A stretch of 63,450 bases of DNA, filler included, from Octopus bimaculoides (lineage: Eukaryota): the NCBI RefSeq assembly GCF_001194135.2. It is 7 parts of 6 records of this genome, joined end to end, with 100 filler letters (N's around TTAATTAATTAA, not from the genome) between each part and the next. Parts side by side here need not be neighbours in the genome. Positions count along the whole stretch, not along the records: positions 1 to 13,293 come from NC_069003.1; positions 13,394 to 20,499 come from NC_069000.1; positions 20,600 to 39,096 come from NC_069003.1; 4 more parts are not named here. The stretch is one strand, 5' to 3'. Position 1 is the stretch's first letter. Every line of letters begins with the position of its first letter. Below the pieces are notes generated by a model. It was not told the origin of the DNA. It did not search any database and saw only the letters and a list, made by a program, of their open reading frames with translations. Below, in pieces: positions 12,725-25,119 of this stretch. The translations under genes were made by a program, and so were the position numbers.

Positions 12725-12776
<52 letters not shown>

Positions 12777-12805
12777 CACACACATATATATGAATACATC
12801 TGCTT

Positions 12806-12838
<33 letters not shown>

Positions 12839-12843
12839 TATGC

Positions 12844-12876
<33 letters not shown>

Positions 12877-12918
12877 ATACAAAGAATAAGTATGCATATA
12901 TATACATATACATATATG

Positions 12919-12957
<39 letters not shown>

Positions 12958-13249
12958 AAGAAATCACACACACACATACGTATACATATATGTATGTGTG
13001 TCTGTATGCGTACCACTACTCCCACCCTACCACGACTCTAACCCATGCCACACTTGCGCACCCCTTAATCAGCTGGGTGCCGCGTCGGGTCCGGATTAAT
13101 ATCTGTCTGCTTACGTGTGTGTGTGCCTGTCTGCCTGTCTGTGTTCTCTTGTATTGTGCAAACAATCAGCTGGTTGATGTAACAGACTCAACGCTGCTTG
13201 TTTTGCTGTTGATGTGTGTATGTGTATACCCTATCAACACGCACACACT

Positions 13250-13293
<44 letters not shown>

Positions 13294-13393
13294 NNNNNNN
13301 NNNNNNNNNNNNNNNNNNNNNNNNNNNNNNNNNNNNNTTAATTAATTAANNNNNNNNNNNNNNNNNNNNNNNNNNNNNNNNNNNNNNNNNNNN
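13294..13393. other. Artificial scaffold linker 44N-TTAATTAATTAA-44N (also 20500-20599, 39097-39196, 45004-45103, 55504-55603, 60757-60856)
   Basis: The identical 100-bp pattern occurs six times. The 12-mer places stops in all six frames. Confidence 0.95.
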
Positions 13394-13428
<35 letters not shown>

Positions 13429-13523
13429 TATAGATATATATTTCATGTGTTGTATATATATATTCGCATACACACATTCACACATACCATAACCCTAACC
13501 CTAATCCTCACCCCACGCTTCAG

Positions 13524-13633
13524 TGTCGACAGGTTGCGGGCGTATCAAATTCCTCAACAGTCAGAACTTTCTACTTTGGTAACCAACCAAATTTCACTAC
13601 CTGTTATGGCGTATGTCAACCCCGAATTGCTCA
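13524..13633 (+). CDS. Candidate internal exon of an unidentified host gene
   Basis: 110-nt unique sequence with a pyrimidine-rich CTTCAG acceptor and a GTAAGT donor. Two frames are open across it. No protein family recognised. Confidence 0.3.
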
Positions 13634-13839
13634 GTAAGTTCTTTTTACTGTTGTCTTTGCTTGTTCTGCCAATTTGCACAAGCACCCCCCGCCCTCCAAT
13701 ATATATCAATATATATTTTTTATTATTTTTATTTTTATTTTACTATTTGCACACATCCACCCCCACCCCCCGCCAGCCCTGCTACCACCAGAAACAAACT
13801 AACACTGCCAATACAAATTACCACTGACTGTAAATGTAA

Positions 13840-14025
13840 CACTACCACCACCACCACCACCACCACCACGACCACCACCACCATCATCATCAACATCATA
13901 ATTAAAACTACCACCACCAATACCAATGCAACCAGCTGCAGCAGCAGCAGCAGTAGCACCACCACCACCAGTACCATCATCATCATCATCATCATTATCA
14001 TCATCATCATCATCATCATCAAAAC
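13840..14025. repeat. (ACC)n/(AGC)n/(ATC)n triplet repeats
   Basis: Direct inspection. Confidence 0.9.
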
Positions 14026-14272
14026 GATCTACCAGCTCCTCATCGCAATAATCAGCGCCATAGACATTATCGTCTCATTAGCATCATTGCCAAAGAAAAT
14101 TCCTTCAGACCCCATCCCCGCTCGCACCGTTACATCAGCTATAAGCAACTGCCATTCCATTCTAGATTATTACTTACATACGTACATATACATACGTTCT
14201 TACGTACGTACGTTCGTACGTACGTACGTATGTATATATGTATGTATGTATGAGCCATACCATATCATATCG

Positions 14273-14338
<66 letters not shown>

Positions 14339-14799
14339 CAATTGTCGCAAGGAGAAGGCTGACTGTGACTTCGAATTATTGAGTGTTCCTTCAATTTAAT
14401 GTTCAACGATATTTCATTTATGCCTAGATATAAAAACAAGCACTAATATACATACATATGTTTCTTTTACTTGCACGCATAGTTATACATTTAGATACCT
14501 GTCCATACATGTATACACGTATGTATCTGTACTTTCATATGCATGTGTATGTGTGTGTGTGTACTAACTGTAGATACGGCATTGATATATTAGCCGATAT
14601 TCAACTATTCAGGCTGAAGGTCATGTCTGCTACAGGTGTTTAATTCTAGAGTTCAGGCAGGACACTAAATTCTACATAGCCCAGCTCATTTTAACAGATA
14701 CAAGTAAGCGAAAGAGATTCGAAGAAAATTCTTTAGTGCGGTTCTTATCTAGAAATTTGAAAACCTGATGCATTGGAAAAGGTATGTGAGTGTATGTGG

Positions 14800-15097
14800 T
14801 GGTGATGGTGGTGGTGGTGGTGGTAATGGGGTTGTGGTCGAGGGGATAGGTGAGAATCTTTCTCTGCTAAAAAAGAAAAAGTTAAAACTAAAAAAGAAAG
14901 AAAAGAACGAAATAATGAAATAACTGAAGATGAAAATTAGGAAGGATATCAGGAAGGAAAGAAGGAAGGAGGGAATGGAGGGAGAGTTGGGGTGTGGTGG
15001 GGGTAAACTCAGGGAGCTGATTAGATAGGGAGGTCCCTGTGTGTGTGTGAGTTTGTATGTGTATTTGTGTGTGTGTGTGTGTGTGTGTGTGCACGTG

Positions 15098-15167
<70 letters not shown>

Positions 15168-15322
15168 TTGGGGAGAGTGAGAAAGAAAGAAAGAAAGAGA
15201 GAGTGATAGTTATAGGGGAAGAGATAGAGAAGGACTGTATATAGAACGAGAGAAAGAGGGAGCGAGATGGAAAGAGGTAACGCTTAAAAAGAGAAAGATA
15301 GAGAGGCAAAAGAGAATGAGAA

Positions 15323-15408
<86 letters not shown>

Positions 15409-15410
15409 AA
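14800..15410. repeat. Purine-rich low-complexity tract with (TG)n(TA)n(GA)n
   Basis: Direct inspection. Confidence 0.85.
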
Positions 15411-15460
15411 TGAGAAATATACTGTTGAGCCAGCAAGCTGCTATCTTTATCTATTTATAG

Positions 15461-15548
15461 ACATTTCTCGAGAGCAGGAAGTCGTCTCCAAATATGTACA
15501 GACGGCAGAGATTCCATCCTAGATGCTGTGTGCCATCATCATATCTGA
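15461..15548 (+). CDS. Candidate terminal exon of an unidentified host gene
   Basis: Acceptor CTATCTTTATCTATTTATAG followed by unique sequence. The frames compatible with the 13524-13633 exon end at TAG 15520-15522 or TGA 15546-15548. Confidence 0.2.
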
Positions 15549-17395
15549 GCAGTTCTTCCTCCTCACCAAAATATTTCCGCACCGCCGTCAGTTCAGCAGC
15601 AACACAAATACTGCTTTTTTTTTTGTTTCTTCTTTTCTTTTTTTCTTTTTTCTTTTTTGCTTCTTCTTTACATAGAAAAACGTACGGAAGTTTTTGTGCA
15701 TGAAACATAGGAACATATGTCTATTTAATAATAATAATGATAATGATGATAATCCCCTTCTCTTTTCATTTTAAGGTAAAAATTTAATCATTTGTGTCAA
15801 TGGATGATTGGAAGTACTGAAATTTCTATACACCTGGAAAATTAGGAATTCTCACCAGCGCGAATTCAACATGCAAACAGATACGTCGGTGTTTTAGCTA
15901 CATGCAATCCGCCATGATCAAGCAGACTTATGACTGACGGTGTTTCTGTTGTGACCAGATCAGTCCATTTTCCTCTTATTTATTTATTCATTTATTCTTC
16001 AGGCATGGTTATCTAGGATTACATTATCTAATGTGTTCATCATTTTGTTTGGGATTTGGAAGGTGATTAGGCTGCTAATTTCAGTAGATCGATAAACACC
16101 TAGAGACTCGTTCAAATATTATTTGATAAGGTTTTGGAACAACTTAGCAAAGATTGCTAAATATACAAGCCCAATAAAGACATCTATCTATCTATCTATC
16201 TTAAAAATGGGGGAGGCCGGTTTATGGAATTACCTTAGGTTTCTCGTCCATAAAGGGTTTAGCTTTATGGCGTATATATAATGTTTGAAGTTAGTCATAA
16301 CAACTGATAAAAATCCAATTACAACAGCAACAATATTCTATTTTGAGAGCCTTCAAACACAAACCAGTTCAGTTCATTTAGATTGCAGTTTCAGTTTAGC
16401 CATGTGACTTATATATGGCCTTGTACATAAAGTACGCAAAGTAGCATTAACAGAAGACTTATTGTGTTCTATTTAATATTTTATCAAAATACTAGCGTTT
16501 ATTTTCGACATAAAATTCGTAAAATAATACTGGCAAAAGCGTTTGCTAGGCCATTGTAGAACAAGAAATAATATCTAGGCAGGCTGACGTTGGAGTTACG
16601 CGTTCGATCCTCAGTCGAAGCTTCTCTCTCTTCCTCGCGTTGCTAATACTCCTAGAAAATAGCACGAGAGTCGCAGAATAGTGGAATGTGTGAATTAAAT
16701 GTCCTGTTTTATTTAGTTCTTCATTGTGCGTTCAAATCCCACAGAAGTTACCTTTAAGTATCATTCTTCCGAGGTTTATAAAATAGCGACTCTAAGCATT
16801 ACGTTCCATCCTGCTCTGCAAAAGTATGGCCTTACGCCAATGTCAAATCAGCAATATGAATACAAGGCACTAAAGATTGTTTGTTGCGTGTACGATATGT
16901 ACAACACATACCTATACACACATGCGCACACACACATACATACATACACACACACACATATATATAACTAAAATGTATGTTTATATATGTATGTATATAT
17001 CTATATGTATACACGCACACAAAAGCCTTCCTATTTTGATCCAGTTCCGTTTTTACACTGTAGCCATTTCCTTGCTTTACGCATAGAGTTAATGCCCTTG
17101 AGAAAGCCATCAATCTCACGCAATGTCATTATTCTCGCTACTCTCCACCGCTTAACACCTATCAATTGAAGATTTCGAGAGAAATGCCTGAAATTTAAGT
17201 TATAGACGAAACTGCCAAAGAGATTAGCTCGCAGAAAGCTATTTCGCGATCCGGTTTCGATACCTGAGTAAATCTCTTTGAATCTACGCTATTTACACGA
17301 ATAAAGGGACTGATGAGACACAAATATCAAACTTGTTGGTTCCCATATCTCGACAATTTTAAAGCTTGTTGCATATATAACAAAATCAAGTAACG

Positions 17396-17435
<40 letters not shown>

Positions 17436-17994
17436 GTGTGTGTGTGTGAAATAATCAATACCAAAATCTACTGAAATATATAGCAAGGTTCAATCAAAAG
17501 TATCCTGTTCCAGGCATGGCATTTAGCCTGTCGGCTTTCTGTAAGAAATGGCGTTGAATTCGATAAGCCAAGAGAAAAAAATTTATATATTTTGTTGCCT
17601 CTGAGAAAAATTAAGTCCTAAGTCGACCCCATTTGTGATGGTTATACGTCCAAATACAAAACAATTCATGTAATTCTTTATATATATATAAGTTTCCATA
17701 ATAAGAATTTAGAAACTTCGAGAAATATGAATTCAAATATTTTTTCTAACGGTTGAACTCGAAGTGGGTAAAGATGTAAATATTGGTGTAGAGTATTGGG
17801 TTAAAAGAAACCCTTGGATTGAAAAAGAATTCGAAGGCTGTCTTGTCCATTTTCTGTATTTAGCCCTGTGTGGCTATAATAAAAAGATATCTATCTGAAG
17901 AAGGGGGGCTGTAAGAGTAGAAAGGCAAGCGCATGAAAGCAACATGAAGGAATGTATGTGTGTGTGTGCGCACGCGCTTGTTTAATGTTAAATA

Positions 17995-18350
17995 TGCGGA
18001 CGCAGGTATGGTCGAACGGTTACGAAGTCCACTCCCCAGTCATGTGGTACCGCGTTCGATCCCATTGCACGACATCCCAGGTAAATATCTTTTACCCTGG
18101 CCCCCTGGTCGCCCCACGCTTTGCAAGTAAACTAGGATGGACGGAAACTGTGAAGAAGCCCGTTAGATGGTTTGAGCCAGTTAGTCAAAGGTCTGAGCTT
18201 GTCACACCCTGTCGCCCCGTTTCTTGAGTGCTGAGGTATTAAGAATACAGGTGTCTGGGGAATACTCAGCCACTTACATTCCAGTCCAATGAGTAAGTTC
18301 TTTCGTTGATCTAGCAGTCGTAAAAGTCACCGTCGAAAACGACGGCGATC
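17995..18350 (+). mobile_element. Old SINE: family A-like head/body followed by a family C-like body
   Basis: GCAGGTATGGTCGAACGGTTACGAAG..GGACGGAAACTGTGAAGAAGCCCG, then GCTTGTCACAC..CTCAGCCACTT..CGTTGATC, which resembles 22010-22140. Confidence 0.6.
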
Positions 18351-18512
18351 CATTAAATTAATAATGTTATATATAAAGTTATAATATAAAAGTTACAAGT
18401 TAAACCCTCTGTTTATGCATGTGTCATGTTCTCTATTGCTAACAGAATATGGTGAAATTTCAACACACACATGCAAACATTTATGTATGTATGTGTGTGT
18501 ATATACATACAT

Positions 18513-18599
<87 letters not shown>

Positions 18600-19126
18600 N
18601 NNNNNNNNNNNNNNNNNNNNNNNNNNNNNNNNNNNNNNNNNNNNNNNNNNNNNNNNNNNNNNNNNNNNNNNNNNNNNNNNNNNNNNNNNNNNNNNNNNNN
18701 NNNNNNNNNNNNNNNNNNNNNNNNNNNNNNNNNNNNNNNNNNNNNNNNNNNNNNNNNNNNNNNNNNNNNNNNNNNNNNNNNNNNNNNNNNNNNNNNNNNN
18801 NNNNNNNNNNNNNNNNNNNNNNNNNNNNNNNNNNNNNNNNNNNNNNNNNNNNNNNNNNNNNNNNNNNNNNNNNNNNNNNNNNNNNNNNNNNNNNNNNNNN
18901 NNNNNNNNNNNNNNNNNNNNNNNNNNNNNNNNNNNNNNNNNNNNNNNNNNNNNNNNNNNNNNNNNNNNNNNNNNNNNNNNNNNNNNNNNNNNNNNNNNNN
19001 NNNNNNNNNNNNNNNNNNNNNNNNNNNNNNNNNNNNNNNNNNNNNNNNNNNNNNNNNNNNATCTCGATTTAAGAAAAAGAAAAACCTCGAAGTCCCCGTA
19101 TTTAAAAGCCGTTTCTAATGATATTG

Positions 19127-19392
19127 GTGGAGGCGCGTGGCTAAGTGGTTAGGGTGTCAGCATCATGATCGTAAGATTGTGGTTTCGATTCCTGAACCGG
19201 GCGATGCGTTGTGTTCTTGAGCAAAACACTTCATTTCACGTTGCTCCAGTCCACTCAGCTGCCAAAAATGAGTAACGCTGCGATGGACTGGCGTCCCGTC
19301 CAGCTGGGGAACACATACGCCATTGAAACCGGGAAACCGGGCCCATGAGCCTGGCTAGGCTTTAAAAGGGCCCATTTATTTATTTTTATTTT
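19127..19392 (+). mobile_element. Young tRNA-derived SINE (family B) with 15-bp TSD
   Basis: A-box TGGCTAAGTGG, B-box-like GTTTCGATTCC and a (TTTA)-rich tail. The direct repeat TTTCTAATGATATTG is at 19112-19126 and 19393-19407. Confidence 0.9.
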
Positions 19393-20055
19393 TTTCTAAT
19401 GATATTGAAGTAAACGGAAGTGAACAGAAGCGAAAGGGATTGGTGGCGGTCTCGACTAATCGAGAAACTAATTTACCTTTATGGTCCTACGGAGATCACT
19501 GACCCGACGATAGATGGTTTGTAAAGTTACAGTAATTAAAGAAAATCTATACGATGATGATGATGATGATGATGCTGATGACGAAAGAATGCAGTGATGC
19601 ATTTCAAAAAAATTTTGTTTTAATATTATTCTTATAGCTCATCATATTTTAAGGAATACGTCGAGCAATGCGGTATTGGATTACCAACTTTACCTGTAGT
19701 CTGTGTGTGTGTGTGTGCGTGCGCGAGCGCGTTTGGACTACAAAGAATACGTACTGTTAGCTCTAGGGCTGTCAAACAAGTTTAATGCTGATAAATATCC
19801 ATATACTCGTAAAGTGTATGATATTTAAAAGACTCACGTACGTTTGCAATCATGTTTTTTTGTTTTTGTTTTTGAAAGTTAAAAGACCATCAAGATAGCA
19901 CAACGAATAAACTATTAATTCCTACTCCGCTTTTAGATTATGTAATACCTGTTATCATTTTCTACGTGTTTATCATTTCTATGGCATTCGCAAATAGATT
20001 ACGTAGTTCCTTCCTCGTGGAAATGTTTTCTTCTTCTTTCTATTACTATTATTAA

Positions 20056-20499
20056 AGCAGAGAACTAGCAGAACCGTTAGTGCGCTGGATGAAATGCTAA
20101 GCGGTATTTCGCCTGTCGCTACATTCTGAGTTCAAATTCCGCCGAGGTCGACTTTGCCTATCATCCTTTCGGGGATCGATAAATGAAGTACTAGTTGAGT
20201 ACTGGGGGGTCGATGTAATCGACTCATCCCCTCCCCTAAAGATGGCTGCTCTAGTGGTAAAATTTGAAACCATTATTATTATTATCAAGACGGCGAGCTG
20301 GCAGAATCGTTAGCACGCCGGGCGAAAATGCTTAGCGGTATTTCACCCGTTCTGGGTTCAAATTACGCAATGGTCGACTTTGCCTTTCATTCGTCCGGGA
20401 TCGATAAATTAAGTACCAGTTTAACACTGGGGTCGATATAATCGATTCATCCCCTACCTCAAAATTGCTGCCCTTGTGGCAAAATTTGAAACTATTATT
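20056..20499 (+). mobile_element. Tandem pair of Deu/Nin-domain-like SINEs (family D)
   Basis: Two head-to-tail copies of GCTGGCAGAATCGTTAGC..GAGTTCAAATTCCGCCGAGGTCGACTTTGCC..TCATCC..GATAAA..AGTACCAG..AAATTTGAAAC followed by (ATT)n. The domain name is from recall. Confidence 0.85.
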
Positions 20500-20599
20500 N
20501 NNNNNNNNNNNNNNNNNNNNNNNNNNNNNNNNNNNNNNNNNNNTTAATTAATTAANNNNNNNNNNNNNNNNNNNNNNNNNNNNNNNNNNNNNNNNNNNN

Positions 20600-20709
20600 C
20601 CATATGACGTTGAATGCACCGGTTCTCGTCCGATCACGGAAGTTAAGCCAGGTCAGGACTAGTGAGTACTTCGATGGGTGACTGCTTGGGAAACCTAGGT
20701 GGTGTAAGC
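20600..20709 (+). pseudogene. 5S rRNA-derived sequence (first ~9 nt lost at the scaffold edge)
   Basis: CCATATGACGTTGAATGCACCGGTTCTCGTCCGATCACGGAAGTTAAGC..AGTACTTCGATGGGTGACTGCTTGGGAA..GGTGTAAGC is collinear with metazoan 5S rRNA, including box A and box C. It is diverged and single-copy here. Confidence 0.9.
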
Positions 20710-21855
20710 ATCTCACACTTTTCAAAGTGGTGTCAAACATGGCCGTAGTCTAATGAGTGAAACTAGTAAAAGATACACACATATATATAACCCAATAAGG
20801 TTCGAAAATCGACTAAGTTTGTTCATCGCTTTTACAGTCTGAAGAGAAATGGCTAAAATTTGCCCTCTTTATAATTATACCATATGTTACACATACAAAC
20901 ACACACACACACTTACACCACACAAACACACATATATATATAGTTCAGATTTAGAGAAAAGACAGGTGTAGGAACAATAAGCAGGTGTATTATTTTAACG
21001 GTCGGAAAAAAATGGAAAAGTCTTTTACGCTCTTCGGCAGAAAGAAATAAGAGGAAAAAATGGAGAGAAACTGAAAAAAAAACAAAACAAAAAAAAACCG
21101 AGAGAGAAAACTGTACAGAGTTCAGCGGTCCCCCATGGATATATATATCAGCAAAACATGCACCTAATTCAATAAAATTATGAAGTTTAGTCTGATTACT
21201 AAGCATAAAATGCAAAATGTTTTATTTTTTCGTAGATTAGTTTGGCATAATTCGACCCTGTTTTTCAAGCTTAGTATTTAAGCCAGGCATAATTCTGCTG
21301 TAGTACACATGCTGCGTATATTTCTACAATACCGTTTTCTTTACGTGCTATAAAGGCAGAAAGAAATCTGCCTTCAACTCAGTCGCGCGCCTGTGTTTCG
21401 CTTATTTTTTGTGTGTTTTACTACATAAAGGTCACCAACTGCCTACCCCAAGTAATTACTGAGGCACGTGCCTGATATATATATNNNNNNNNNNNNNNNN
21501 NNNNNNNNNNNNNNNNNNNNNNNNNNNNNNNNNNNNNNNNNNNNNNNNNNNNNNNNNNNNNNNNNNNNNNNNNNNNNNNNNNATATATAATATATATATA
21601 TATACCTATATGTAGTCAAATCGAATAATCGAAGATTAAAAATAACAATAACAAACAACGAGAGGACATTCACATGGAATGTATTAGTTTGATGCTCGTT
21701 AGAAAGTGAGAGTCAATTCTGCCTTCAGCGTTGTACCCCAGCACGTAAAGCAGTGAAAGTATGTTTATACATACATACACATTCGCATACATGTATACAT
21801 CCATTTATAACTACTTATATACCCACATGCATATACATCATGTATGTTTAAACAT

Positions 21856-22148
21856 GAAGGCGCTGGCTTAGTGGTTAGGGTATTCGACTCACGATCGTAA
21901 GGTCGTGAGCTCAAATCCCTGCGGTGTATTGTGTCCTTGAGCAAGACACTTGATTTCACGTTGCTCCAGTCCACTCAACTGGCAAAAATGAGTTGTACCT
22001 GTATTTCAAAGAGCCAGCCTTGTCAGATTCTGTGTCACGCTGAATCTCCCCGAGAACTATGTTAAGGGTACACGTTAATTTCACAAGCAAGCTGTTTCGT
22101 TGATCGAATCAGCTGGGATCCTCGTCGTCGTAACTGACGGAGTGCTCC
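21856..22148 (+). mobile_element. tRNA-derived SINE (family C) with possible 7-bp TSD TAAACAT
   Basis: Its head and ..GTGTCCTTGAGCAAGACACTT..GTTGCTCCAGTCCACTCA..AAAAATGAGT are shared with 19127-19270, followed by a different body. Confidence 0.85.
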
Positions 22149-22258
22149 TAAACATATAAGCAGGAAGATAATGATAATTGTAATTATTTCATGTCAAGTA
22201 TGGCTTTACCAAAAACAACAATATCCGAGTTAATACACACAATTAAGTGAAATTAACG

Positions 22259-22356
<98 letters not shown>

Positions 22357-22724
22357 AGTATGTCTGTCTATATGTTCCTCCCCGCTTTCTCTATATCTTT
22401 ATCTATCTATTTTCGATTGATCTGTCTATAACTATATATAATCTTTATATAATCTTTTCCCATCTTCTCTTTTTCTCAGTACATGTACGTATATATACAT
22501 ATTTATACGAGTGTATGTATATATCAACACCCGCTCACACATACATACACATATCTACATATCTACATACGTATATATATCTGCCTATATATCCATCTCT
22601 ATACACAGGCTTATGCACATGTGCGCATTCACAACGCGCATAATCATGTACCCAAACTTTCACACGTCTATATACATATACAACACATGTATATATATGT
22701 GCGTACATACATACATGTATATGC

Positions 22725-22758
<34 letters not shown>

Positions 22759-23464
22759 GTATGTATATATATATATNNNNNNNNNNNNNNNNNNNNNNNN
22801 NNNNNNNNNNNNNNNNNNNNNNNNNNNNNNNNNNNNNNNNNNNNNNNNNNNNNNNNNNNNNNNNNNNNNNNNNNNNNNNNNNNATACTTATGTATACACA
22901 TATACGTACGTACATATATGTACATATATGTAAATGTATATCTATCAATCTAGCTATTTATCTCTCTGCCTCTCTTTATTTATCTATCTTTCTATACACA
23001 CACACATACACACACATACACACACAAAATTCCTTAATAAGCGTCTTCTTAATTACGTACCGTTTGATTGTACCGACCGAGTGTATATGCACGTAAACTC
23101 CTGCTGCTACATTTACTCATCTAATTCTCCTTATCGTTGCTGTTGTGGCTTTCGTTATTTTTGTTGCACTTGTTGTTGCTCTTGTTGTTGTCTTTGTATT
23201 TAATACTCGTTATTACATCATCACAAAATTAGCTCCCATGCAGTCTAATGAAATCAGCTCTCTTAAAAATAAAATAAAATTTTGAATAAGAATTTAAAAA
23301 CCTATTCCCATCTGTTTTTCTGTCGGTAATTACTAAGCAGTTTTGTGAACACTCGGCAGTTTTACCTCCTTCCTACTGCTTTCTGGAACTAGGTTTTCTT
23401 TTTTGTTTGCTTGCGTTTTGCGAAAAATAACATGTATTGAATTTGATTGATGGTCTTAACGTGT

Positions 23465-23749
23465 GGGAGGGTAGAGAGAGAGAGAAAGAGAGGGGTTGAG
23501 AGAAAAGGGGGTATGAGAGACAGCGAGGAAGAGGTAGAGAGAGAAGTGGACGTGTGAGAGAGAAGGAGGAAAGGGAAAGGTGAGAGAGTGTGAGATAATG
23601 ATATATGATGAGAGAAAGAGGTAGACTGAGGGCGAGAGCGAACGAGGGAGAGAGAGAGAGTGGGAGAGAAAGAAAGAGAGTTTAAAATAGACCAAGCGAG
23701 ATAGAAACGGAGAGAGTGCGATCGAGATAAAAGGAAGAGAAAATGTGTG

Positions 23750-23815
<66 letters not shown>

Positions 23816-24160
23816 AGCTGGAGAGAGCAAGAGAAAGAGAGAGAGAGAGAGAGCGAAAGGGGAGAGAGAGCATGATAGTGAAAGAGAAAAAAAGTGAGTG
23901 AAAGTTTGAGACGGACAAACATATGAGACAGAGACAGACAGATAGATAGATAGATACACATGTAAAGAGATAGATAGACAGATGTAAATAGATAGCGAAA
24001 GAGGGAGCAGAGAGGGGGAGAGAAGGAGGGACGGAAAGAGAGGAGAGATAGGGAGAGATGAAGAAAGAGGGGAGAGATGAAGAAAGAGGGGAGAGAAAGA
24101 GAGAGGGAGAAAGGTATAGAGGGAGTGAGTGAGAGGGAGAAAGTGGGAGAGAGAGAGAGA
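23465..24160. repeat. ~700-bp polypurine (GA-rich) tract
   Basis: Direct inspection. Confidence 0.9.
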
Positions 24161-24411
24161 GTTATGTCCTTAATCATTTTTGATAGAGTTTAAGAAGTCA
24201 GTTTGTTTAATGTCATGATCAATATTTGATTTTAATTGGTTGTAAAGTTTATTTTACGTTTAGAGTTTGGCGTGGATCTGACAGACATCGAAAGAAATTA
24301 ATTATGTATGTCACCTCAGCGAGACTGTCAGGAAATGTGGTTGACATTGTACTGTCTGAGTCTAGAACGGTTGTTTTTCTGTGGACAAAGTGGGAATAGA
24401 GAGAAAGGGAA

Positions 24412-24444
<33 letters not shown>

Positions 24445-24573
24445 GAGAGAGAGGGGGGGGATAGGAAGATTGAGAGAAGCAGACAAAGAATGAGAGTGAG
24501 TGGGTGGGTGGCTCAGACAGAGAGAAAAGACATAATGACATTCTTTTCTCCAGCAGGCAAACAAACCAGTGCA

Positions 24574-24574
<1 letters not shown>

Positions 24575-24632
<58 letters not shown>

Positions 24633-25080
24633 GTACCAGGCAGTGGCTTTCATGGCTTCTCATCTTAACTGATTGTTATCATGTACATTATTTTGTCTTG
24701 GAATAAAAGATGAGCTACAGCAAATATTCTGCTTAATACCGCAGATTTGCTTGTTAGTTGCTTGACCTTAACCAGTTGAGCATGTCCCTTAGTGGCTGAC
24801 GATATGAACATCTCAGATCACAAGCAGAAGTAGTGGGGGAGCATCATAGTTATGTGTTGAGAGGAATTCTTTGGGGTTTGGATAATTCACCTCTGGAAAC
24901 ATGGGTGTTTCGGTCAATATCTTTAAACAACCCTTATTCAGTGACCTTTTGAGCGGGATGGGCTACTCGACCTGAAGAAAATTCTAACTGGGCCCTACCT
25001 GCTCTACCTGTTGAACTTGATATGAGATCACCATGTCTAAGCTGTAGCGCGTGAGGTGGAGATTGTTGTGGATAGTTCTT
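24575..25080 (-). mobile_element. Unclassified retroposon-like repeat with (TTA)n tail
   Basis: Non-coding segment abutting an (AAT)n tract. It resembles a repeat I recall from octopus DNA; class not determined. Confidence 0.4.
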
Positions 25081-25119
25081 TAAGGGATAGCGCATGCCTG
25101 CGCATCACCAACCAGCTTA

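Noticed and set aside
15451-15708. 85-aa minus-strand ORF (ELTAVRKYFGEEEELLRYDDG..)
   Set aside because: No polypyrimidine acceptor or donor on that strand, and no recognisable family. The plus-strand splice signals are better.
19127-19205. tRNA genes at SINE heads (also 4024, 6400, 21856)
   Set aside because: No complete cloverleaf, and each continues into a SINE body and tail.
20600-20709. Functional 5S rRNA gene
   Set aside because: Multiple helix-disrupting substitutions, not in a tandem array, and followed by a SINE tail.
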